18,600 nt of DNA from Myxococcales bacterium (lineage in GTDB: Bacteria > Desulfobacterota > Binatia > HRBIN30). The stretch spans positions 1-18,600 of the forward strand of contig JBBILD010000034.1 in NCBI GenBank assembly GCA_037445065.1, in the 5' to 3' direction. Position numbers and translations under genes: made by a program. Shown piece by piece: positions 1 to 6,512 of the stretch. Position 1 is the stretch's first letter; each line of letters starts with the position of its first letter. The notes under the pieces were generated by a model. That model saw nothing but the letters and a program-made list of their open reading frames with translations. It was not told the origin of the DNA and ran no database searches.

Positions 1-32
1 CTCTCGGAAAGGGGTATGACGGTCCAGCAACG

Positions 33-52
33 CGCCACCCTGCGGGGTGGCG
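33..52. other. GC-rich hairpin (8-bp stem, 4-nt loop)
   Basis: CGCCACCC-TGCG-GGGTGGCG is a perfect inverted repeat. There is no clear downstream U-tract, so a terminator role is not established. Confidence 0.4.
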
Positions 53-116
53 GCCGAAAACGGGGGCTCATGGACGGCACAGGGGTAGGTGCAGGGGCAA
101 CTCGGCGGCCTCTGCG

Positions 117-220
117 GTGGGTGTCCGCGGAACGGGTGTCCGGGCGGTCCCCGCAGTGGGTGTCCACAGAACACTCCGGTGGGTGTCCACGGAACAGTGG
201 GTGTCCACGGAACACTCCGG
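117..220 (+). repeat. Cluster of short direct repeats, consensus GTGGGTGTCC(A/G)C(G/A)GAAC
   Basis: 17-nt copies at 117-133, 156-172, 179-195 and 197-213, plus a partial GGGTGTCC at 134-141. The copies at 156 and 197 both extend with ACTCCGG. Confidence 0.9.
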
Positions 221-471
221 CGCGGTTCCCCTGCCGTTTGGCCGACGCTCCGCGTGTACCGAGGTGCTGCTGGGGGTCAGTGCCGTGTGGGCTCAAAGGC
301 GAAGGTTAAGTGTAAAAACCGACCCTCCGCTCCGAAGCGAGGCAGTCAGCGGGGCACAGGTGAACGAAAACCCCAGGGTGCGAGCAGCGAAACCGGTCAA
401 CGCTGGCTGAATGTGGAAGAAATTTTTGGGGGAAGCCTGGCTGATTTCGCTTTGAAAGCGGGCAGTGTCGG

Positions 472-915
472 CTAGCTGCCTTCGGCCTTTTTCGGCGGGC
501 CTTCAGCCAGGCGCTGAGGAAGGCTCGCCGCGTCGCCCTGGGGGCGAACCTCTTTGTTTTCCAGGTTCACACGCCAGAGAGCCACCTTTTTTTGGTCGCC
601 CTCCGTCCACAGCAGGGTTACTTCGTATTCCGGGCCGTCCTTCTGTGTGGCACTCCAACTGAACTCGCCAATGAAGAAAGCGTTCTCTTTTGCCTTGAGC
701 GAATAGGCACGGATCATGTCGTAGAGGGTATCGGTGCCGAAGGGTTTCGTGTTTTTGACCAGCTCGATCGCCTCCGGACCTTTCTCGGCCCACTTCTCAC
801 CGATCAGCAGCGGCGAAGCGACCTGATAGGCGAACCAGAGAGCAAAAATTCCCAGTGCTCCCCAGCCTAAGACGGTTCCAAGCGCGCTTTCCTGGTTTGC
901 CGTTCCCTGTGCCAT
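472..915 (-). CDS. Hypothetical protein with single N-terminal transmembrane anchor (147 aa)
   Basis: Protein-like composition, unlike the overlapping R/P/G-rich shadow ORFs. Hydrophobic segment LGTVLGWGALGIFALWFAYQVA. SD-like AAGAGGA upstream of the ATG. Confidence 0.8.
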   Translation of the reverse strand: MAQGTANQESALGTVLGWGALGIFALWFAYQVASPLLIGEKWAEKGPEAIELVKNTKPFGTDTLYDMIRAYSLKAKENAFFIGEFSWSATQKDGPEYEVTLLWTEGDQKKVALWRVNLENKEVRPQGDAASLPQRLAEGPPKKAEGS

Positions 916-1009
916 ACGTAAAGTCCTCTTCTCAGCGGCATTCCCTTATCGGAGCCGGGGAGGTGACGCAAGAACGCGCGCCTCTACCCGAATCGGGGCG
1001 ACGACGGTC

Positions 1010-1747
1010 TCACCGGCCGTACGGCCCCGGGGCAGCTGACGGCATCATCCAGTTCGGATCCAACGCAGGGATCAGCCGCCGCTGTGCCTCCGTAACCAAC
1101 CGCCAGAGAATGCCCGTGGGCCGCGAGTACACAGTGATGGTGGAAAACACGTTAGTCGGGGTGATGACCACGTCGGTTGGCACGTCGTGGAGGCACATAG
1201 GGATCTTCGTATCGAGGAGCTGTTCGTTGTGCACGAGAGTCACCACCGGGGTGAAATCCACTGCGCGCCGGGCCGCGCGGAAGAGGCCGTAGGAAAGATC
1301 GTCCCAACCGCCGCCACCACCCAGGCGCCCGCCGTCGAGGGCTACGGCCACCGAACCGTAGATGAACAAGTCGAGCACGTCGGCTTCCAGCGGACTGACC
1401 CGCGTGCCCCAGCGCAGCGCACCGCGGCGCGTAGCAGCTTGGCGGTAGCGTCTGCCGAGTCGCTCGCGGTTCAGCTCGAGGAAGCAGCGCTTGTCTCGCA
1501 GGCCCGGTAGCGGGGTGTACACGGTTTTCCCCTCCTCGAGTGCGGCGCGGCGCAGGCCCAACGTGGACGGGGCAAAGCCGATGTACACCGAACGAGCCTG
1601 CTTCCAGATGCGCAAGCTGCGCAGCAGATCGGTGGCTGCTTCCACCCCTGCGAAACTCGGCACGCCGCGACCGCTGTCGGGAAAGCGCAGCGCACCACGG
1701 GCGCGCAAGCGGTTGCGAATGTGGCGGCGCAGCTCGTCCTTGCTCAT
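1010..1747 (-). CDS. 5-formyltetrahydrofolate cyclo-ligase family protein (MTHFSD/archaeal-actinobacterial type), divergent
   Basis: N-terminal KDELR, GSVAV..DG.RLG.GGG motif, TLVH..Q and HDVP.DV.ITP motifs characteristic of the family. Confidence 0.8.
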   Translation of the reverse strand: MSKDELRRHIRNRLRARGALRFPDSGRGVPSFAGVEAATDLLRSLRIWKQARSVYIGFAPSTLGLRRAALEEGKTVYTPLPGLRDKRCFLELNRERLGRRYRQAATRRGALRWGTRVSPLEADVLDLFIYGSVAVALDGGRLGGGGGWDDLSYGLFRAARRAVDFTPVVTLVHNEQLLDTKIPMCLHDVPTDVVITPTNVFSTITVYSRPTGILWRLVTEAQRRLIPALDPNWMMPSAAPGPYGR

Positions 1748-1940
1748 CTGAGCATGGCCTCAAAGGCGCGGATATTACAGTGCCACGAGAGAGTCAATTT
1801 GGAAATGAAGCACGGGTTGGAACGTGGGGGTCTGAGCGGCGGAGTTACGTGCGGGTGAAGGGTCGCAGGGCCGCACTGGTGCCGGGTAGCGCCACTCCCT
1901 TGCCCGCGCCGCAGGCGGCACGATCTGCAGCGCGAACCGG

Positions 1941-2735
1941 TTATCGGCGCACCAGCGATGACGCGACGCGGCGCGCCAACACGAGAAACCCCGTGTGCGC
2001 AACCATTCGGTGCTCGGGTCGCACACTACGCCCTTCCACATGCCAGGAGCGCTGCAGGGTCTCGAAGCACTGCACGGCGCAGAACGAGGAACTGGCTCGC
2101 AACGCGTCCGCCAGCGCTTTCACCTGCAGCACGGTGGGCAAGTGGCTCAAAAAAATCCCGCCGCCTCGCAATACGGTGGCCGCTTGCTCGACCAAATGCC
2201 ATGGTTCAGCCAGGTCCACGACCATTCGATCTACCTCGCGCTCCTCGATGCCGGCGAAAGCGTCGGCCACCTTGAGGGTCCAGTAAGCGACCGGCCCTAA
2301 GAAGAGTTCCACGTTTTCGCGTGCCCGGTCCGCAAAGTCGGCACGCACTTCATAGGAGGTCAGGTGGCCGCTCGGGCCGATGGCACGCAGGATCGCAGTG
2401 GTGAGCGCACCGGGACCGACTCCGACCTCGACCACGCTTGCGCCGGGGAAAAAGTCTCCCCACACCAGAATCGGGCCGATGTCCTTGGGATAAATCGGCT
2501 GTGCTTGCCGGGGCAAGGCAGGGATCCATTGGGCGAGGCCCGGGCGCAGGAGAGCGAAGCGCTGGCCCTGGCTGTTGAAGACGAGTTGTCCTTCCCGCAA
2601 GCCGATCAAGTGTTCGGGCTGGAACGTGCCCTCCTGCACCTGGATCGCCCGCCCGGGTATGAGGCGGCGCACGTACTCGCGCCCACGATGGTCCACAAAA
2701 AGCACAAGTTCTCCGGCGCTCAGCCGCTTACCCAT
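1941..2735 (-). CDS. trmI: tRNA (adenine-58-N1)-methyltransferase catalytic subunit (GCD14 family)
   Basis: LPRQAQPIYPKD, SAM-binding EVGVGPGAL, YEVR, DLAEPW and C-terminal RPEHRMVAHTGFL motifs. Confidence 0.9.
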   Translation of the reverse strand: MGKRLSAGELVLFVDHRGREYVRRLIPGRAIQVQEGTFQPEHLIGLREGQLVFNSQGQRFALLRPGLAQWIPALPRQAQPIYPKDIGPILVWGDFFPGASVVEVGVGPGALTTAILRAIGPSGHLTSYEVRADFADRARENVELFLGPVAYWTLKVADAFAGIEEREVDRMVVDLAEPWHLVEQAATVLRGGGIFLSHLPTVLQVKALADALRASSSFCAVQCFETLQRSWHVEGRSVRPEHRMVAHTGFLVLARRVASSLVRR

Positions 2736-2761
2736 GGCTTCGTGGGTTCGAGCGAAGCGCT

Positions 2762-3706
2762 TCAGCCAGCGGCTGCGGAAGCGGGCGCCTTGCGCCGCTC
2801 GACTTCGAGAACCAGGCTACAGAACGAGCAGAGCGAACGGTGCGCCGGCATGCCGCAGCGCTCGCAGGTTCCGGGAGCCTCCGCTTTCGCTTCTACGAAG
2901 CGCGGCTGCGCGCGCCGGTAAAACTCGAGCACGAAGTGGAGTTTGCTGCCCGGCATGTCTGCCTCGATCCGGTTCCAGTGTTCTTTCAGGCGCAGTTGCG
3001 TGGCACCTGCGGCATTCGGGCACTCTTCGATCACATAATCGAGGCGGCGCAAGAAAGCGTACGCTGCCGTCTCGTATTCGCTCAGCCGGAACAGCGGCTT
3101 GACCTTGCGCGCGAACCGTTCGTGGCTGGGCTCGAGCACGGGTCGCTGGCGGGCCAGGTGATCCACATCCCAGCGCAGCACGTTGCCGAGCAGGCGCGCA
3201 GCCTCGTCATCGAGGTTGTGACCGGTTGCCACAACCGAAAAACCTCGTTCCGCGGCGACGCGGTCGAAGTAATACCGCTTGGCCGTACCGCACGCAGCGC
3301 ATGGAGCACGCCGTGTGAAGCGGACCATCTCGGGCACGGCATGGCCGTACTTTTCGAAGTCCACCACCTCGAGGCGAAGCTGGCGTTGGCGAGCAAACTG
3401 TTCGGTCTTCTCTCGGGACAGCCGGGAGTATGCGCCAATCCCCAAGTCGAGGTGCAAGCCGACCGTGTGATAGCCGAGGCGATCGAGCACGTCCCAGAGC
3501 GCCAAACTGTCCTTCCCTCCGGAGACAGCCACCAGCACTTCTTCATCGCTGCGCACCATGCGCTCCTCGGTAATGGCGCGCTCGACCTGCCGCTCGAAGA
3601 ACACGAAGAAGCAGTCGCGGCAAAAGGCTGAGTGATGCGCAGGCAGTTGCACCACGGCCGGTTGCCGGCAGCGCTTGCACTTGGGTTTGGTGGCAGGTTT
3701 GTGCAT
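2762..3706 (-). CDS. ttuA: TtuA/Ncs6-type tRNA 2-thiolation protein (PP-loop ATPase with Zn fingers)
   Basis: N-terminal CKRC…HHSAFCRDC, PP-loop SGGKDS, CAAC, GHNLDD, ECPN, and C-terminal CERC…CSFC. Having both terminal Zn-finger sets distinguishes it from TtcA. Confidence 0.85.
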   Translation of the reverse strand: MHKPATKPKCKRCRQPAVVQLPAHHSAFCRDCFFVFFERQVERAITEERMVRSDEEVLVAVSGGKDSLALWDVLDRLGYHTVGLHLDLGIGAYSRLSREKTEQFARQRQLRLEVVDFEKYGHAVPEMVRFTRRAPCAACGTAKRYYFDRVAAERGFSVVATGHNLDDEAARLLGNVLRWDVDHLARQRPVLEPSHERFARKVKPLFRLSEYETAAYAFLRRLDYVIEECPNAAGATQLRLKEHWNRIEADMPGSKLHFVLEFYRRAQPRFVEAKAEAPGTCERCGMPAHRSLCSFCSLVLEVERRKAPASAAAG

Positions 3707-3709
3707 CGT

Positions 3710-3910
3710 TCAGCTCGATCCGCCGGAGAGCACGTTGCGGATCTCGATGGTGTCGGAGTCCGCCACCGTGTCTTCGCTCGTGAGAAGCTCGTCGCCACGG
3801 ATGACCAGCACCGTTCCAGGTAGAAGGTCGAGCTTGCGCAGCAAATCCGCCACCCGCTGGCCCCCGGGCATCTCAACTTCTCGCTTTTGTGGCAGAAACA
3901 CGACCTTCAT
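3710..3910 (-). CDS. ThiS/MoaD-family ubiquitin-like sulfur carrier (TtuB-like), 66 aa
   Basis: Start placed at ATG 3910 (MKVVFLPQKREVEM…DSDTIEIRNVLSGGSS) rather than 4126, which would overlap the Nudix gene. Beta-grasp size, near-terminal GG, and it ends 3 nt before ttuA. Confidence 0.85.
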   Translation of the reverse strand: MKVVFLPQKREVEMPGGQRVADLLRKLDLLPGTVLVIRGDELLTSEDTVADSDTIEIRNVLSGGSS

Positions 3911-3945
3911 CGCCTGCGCGACGATAAGGAAAGTGTCCTGGGCAG

Positions 3946-4572
3946 TCAACGCGACCGCTGACCCGCTTGCGCCGGGGGTGAGTCGGCGCCGTCGAGGCAT
4001 TCGAGAAAGCGCACCAAGATCCGGTGGGTGAGGCCCCAGATGGTGTACCCATTGTACTCGAAGCTCGGCGGAGCCGCGCTTTGCCGTTCGTGCGGGTGAA
4101 CGTGCAACGCCGCTAGTGGGATCCACAGCGCACCCTGGACCTCGGCGGGATTGGGGCAGAGTTCGGCTGCCTCCGTTAGCACAAAAAGAATCGGGCGAAT
4201 GACCAAATCGAGGAGCTGTCCGCGGCCCACTGCGCGCAGCTCGTCGAGTTCGCTGACCACTTCTCCACAGCGGCTGAGATCGATCCCGACCTCCTCGCGT
4301 GTCTCGCGCGTAGCGGTGTGTACCAAATCAGGGTCCCCTGCTTGTTGGCGGCCACCGGGCAGGGCCATGTGTCCGGACCATGGGTCGCCGGCGCGGTGCG
4401 CGCGGTGGATGGCGAGGAACTCGCTGCCGCTTGGCCCATCGCGCAAAACCAGAGCCACCGCGGCGCGCGTTAAGCCAGGGGGATCCTCGATCCGAGTACC
4501 AGCAAAGCCGCGGAGCCGGGCTTGAATCTCGGCAATGCTCCAGCGATCCCCATCACCGGCGCCACGGTCCAT
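3946..4572 (-). CDS. Nudix hydrolase, CoA pyrophosphatase-like
   Basis: Nudix box [24 protein letters not shown] preceded by AAVAL and [13 protein letters not shown]-terminal IWGLT typical of CoAse Nudix proteins. Confidence 0.85.
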   Translation of the reverse strand: MDRGAGDGDRWSIAEIQARLRGFAGTRIEDPPGLTRAAVALVLRDGPSGSEFLAIHRAHRAGDPWSGHMALPGGRQQAGDPDLVHTATRETREEVGIDLSRCGEVVSELDELRAVGRGQLLDLVIRPILFVLTEAAELCPNPAEVQGALWIPLAALHVHPHERQSAAPPSFEYNGYTIWGLTHRILVRFLECLDGADSPPAQAGQRSR

Positions 4573-4663
4573 CTCGCGATCCCCTCTTTTCAGCCAGGCA
4601 AAGCCAACACACTAACGCTGGGCGCGAGCGCTTTACAGGGCTTGCTGGAGGCGCGAAACAAGC

Positions 4664-4692
4664 TTGGCGTGATGCCGCTCCTGCGCTATCCA
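4664..4692 (+). promoter_or_regulatory. Candidate sigma70-type promoter for rpoZ-dnaJ
   Basis: TTGGCG (4664-4669), 17 nt spacer, TATCCA (4687-4692) in the divergent intergenic region. Weak consensus match. Confidence 0.3.
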
Positions 4693-4724
4693 ATAGCGCT
4701 ACCCTCTCAAAGGAGAGTCTGCCC

Positions 4725-4940
4725 ATGGCACGCATTACGGTTGAAGATTGCCTGGAGAAAGTCCCCAACCGCTTTGAACTCTCTTTGCTTGCCGCGCGAA
4801 GAGCCAAGATGCTCATTAAGGGCGCTCGGCCCCTGGTAGAATCCACCAACAAGGAAGTGGTCACCGCGTTGCGCGAGGTGGCGGCTGGCCGGGTGAGCTT
4901 GCGTTACCCCGAGGGCAAGGCGGAAGGGCAGCGCTCGTGA
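4725..4940 (+). CDS. rpoZ: DNA-directed RNA polymerase subunit omega (71 aa)
   Basis: [28 protein letters not shown]…[14 protein letters not shown] is the classic omega sequence. AAGGAG SD upstream of ATG 4725. The ORF-track start at 4380 is over-extended. Confidence 0.95.
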   Translation: MARITVEDCLEKVPNRFELSLLAARRAKMLIKGARPLVESTNKEVVTALREVAAGRVSLRYPEGKAEGQRS

Positions 4941-5008
4941 GGCTTGCCGCGAGCGGCGCACGGTCTCTGCGCGCGTGAGCGGTCGCGGCTAGACGGCCGT
5001 TCCGTGTT

Positions 5009-6130
5009 ATGGCGGAGAAAGACCTCTATGCGATCCTGGGTGTACCACGCTCGGCGACTCAGGACGAAATCAAGAAAGCCTACCGCAAGCTGGCCCGCCG
5101 GTATCACCCGGACGTAAACCCGGGCAACAAGGAGGCGGAGGAAAAATTCAAGGATATTTCCGAAGCCTACGAGATCCTGAGCGACCCGGAAAAGCGCAAG
5201 CTTTATGACGAATTCGGCATGGCTGGCCTGCAAGCCGGCTTCGATGCAGAGCGTGCGCGGGCCTACGAGCAGTGGCGCAGAGAGCAAGCGGAATTTGGCC
5301 GGGGGTTTTCCGGAGCGGGCTTCGGGCGGTTCGAAAGCTTCGAGGACATTTTTGGAGACCTGTTCGGCGAGGCAGTCAGCCGGGGTCCGCGCGCCGGGGC
5401 GGATCTCGAATCGGAAATCGAGATTGATTTGCTCGATGCGATTCGTGGCCGTACGGTAGAGATCACCCTCGAGCGACCAGGGATGTGCCCGCAGTGCAGG
5501 GGTGCGGGAAGTGACCCTGCGGCCACGGTGACTTGCAGCGAGTGCTTGGGGGCTGGCCGCGTGCAAGTCGCACGCGGGCCGGTCCGGTTTTCCCGCACGT
5601 GCCCGCGTTGCGGGGGAACAGGGGTGATTTCCTCCCGGGCTTGCGCGAGTTGTGGTGGCAGCGGGCAGCGCGTCGAGCAAGAACGGCTTCAGGTTCGCAT
5701 TCCCCCAGGGGTGGATACGGGTTCGCGCGTCCGCGTGGCTGGAAAAGGAGCGCCAGGGTTGGCAGGCGGGCCACCGGGCGACCTATATTTGCGCGTCCGG
5801 GTACGGCCCCATCCGTGGCTCGAGCGGCGCGGCGACGATTTGTACATGGACGTACCGATCACCGTGAGCGAGGCAATCGAAGGTGGTCCGATCACGGTTC
5901 CGACGCCCACGGGTGCCATCCGGGTGAACGTGCCTGCGGCCAGCAACAGCGGGAAGTTGCTGCGGATTCGCGGAAAGGGAGTACCGCATCTACAGGGCGG
6001 CGGAAGCGGCGACCTGTACCTGCGCTTGATGGTTCACGTGCCGAGCGTAGCCAGCGAGGCAGTGCGCAACGCGGCGCGAACGCTGGAGGCCCACTACGCC
6101 GAAAACCCGCGGGACCGGCTGCGTTTCTAG
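5009..6130 (+). CDS. dnaJ: Class A J-domain chaperone DnaJ
   Basis: J-domain with HPD, G/F region with DIF, four CxxCxGxG repeats ([32 protein letters not shown]), and GDLY motifs in the C-terminal domains. Confidence 0.93.
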   Translation: MAEKDLYAILGVPRSATQDEIKKAYRKLARRYHPDVNPGNKEAEEKFKDISEAYEILSDPEKRKLYDEFGMAGLQAGFDAERARAYEQWRREQAEFGRGFSGAGFGRFESFEDIFGDLFGEAVSRGPRAGADLESEIEIDLLDAIRGRTVEITLERPGMCPQCRGAGSDPAATVTCSECLGAGRVQVARGPVRFSRTCPRCGGTGVISSRACASCGGSGQRVEQERLQVRIPPGVDTGSRVRVAGKGAPGLAGGPPGDLYLRVRVRPHPWLERRGDDLYMDVPITVSEAIEGGPITVPTPTGAIRVNVPAASNSGKLLRIRGKGVPHLQGGGSGDLYLRLMVHVPSVASEAVRNAARTLEAHYAENPRDRLRF

Positions 6131-6152
6131 GCGAGGGGAAAGCGAGGGGTCC

Positions 6153-6461
6153 ATGCACCGCTACATGCGATTGCAAGAGGTGGTCGCGGAACTGCAAGTG
6201 GATGCCGCCTTCCTGGAACAGTTGCAGGCAGAGGGGCTCATCCACCCGAAACAAACCTTGGAAGGGGAATGGGTGCTCTCGCTGGACGAGGTGGAGCGGG
6301 TGCGGCTGGCACGGCTTCTGGTCTACGAGCTGGAAGTCAATTTACCCGGGGTGGAAGTGGTTGTGCACATGCGCGAAGAAATGCTGGCCATGCGCCAGCA
6401 ATTCGCAGAGATCCTCGAGCGTTTGGTGGGCGAGCTGCGGCGGCGCCTGCACGAGAAGTAG
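6153..6461 (+). CDS. CbpM-like / MerR-family HTH chaperone modulator (102 aa)
   Basis: Size, EGLIHP and ERVRLAR.L..ELEVNLPGVEV pattern, C-terminal coiled coil, position directly after a J-protein gene, and GAGGGG SD. Confidence 0.75.
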   Translation: MHRYMRLQEVVAELQVDAAFLEQLQAEGLIHPKQTLEGEWVLSLDEVERVRLARLLVYELEVNLPGVEVVVHMREEMLAMRQQFAEILERLVGELRRRLHEK

Positions 6462-6471
6462 GCTGCGCAGC

Positions 6472-6500
6472 TTGCCGCGTTGCGCTGGTGGCAGTAGGTT
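6472..6500 (+). promoter_or_regulatory. Candidate internal promoter for rpoH
   Basis: TTGCCG (6472-6477), 17 nt spacer, TAGGTT (6495-6500), ending 12 nt before the ATG. Confidence 0.35.
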
Positions 6501-6512
6501 GCAAGTGCTGCG

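Noticed and set aside
117..220. CRISPR array
   Set aside because: Repeats are only 17 nt, the intervening sequences are 1-22 nt and partly repeated, and no cas genes are present.
290..470. Riboswitch or structured RNA (for example c-di-GMP-I) in the A-rich intergenic stretch
   Set aside because: Only short stems (CAGCG/CGCTG, CGCTT/AAGCG) were seen and I could not match a family consensus. An Rfam scan would be needed.
16..475. Plus-strand ORFs 16-309, 89-475, 117-410 and a minus-strand ORF starting at 71
   Set aside because: Their peptide repeats just mirror the DNA repeats. No SD or recognisable domain, and low-complexity composition.
1748..1940. 6S RNA, suggested by a ~190-nt gap upstream of a 5-formyl-THF cyclo-ligase gene (ssrS-ygfA synteny)
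   Set aside because: No long end-to-end pairing with a central bubble was found by eye, and the gene is MTHFSD-type rather than YgfA-type. A covariance-model search could overturn this.
4573..5008. CIRCE, HAIR or sigma32 promoter upstream of dnaJ
   Set aside because: No TTAGCACTC-N9-GAGTGCTAA, CTTGAGT-N7-ACTCAAG or CTTGAA-N13/14-CCCCAT match was seen.
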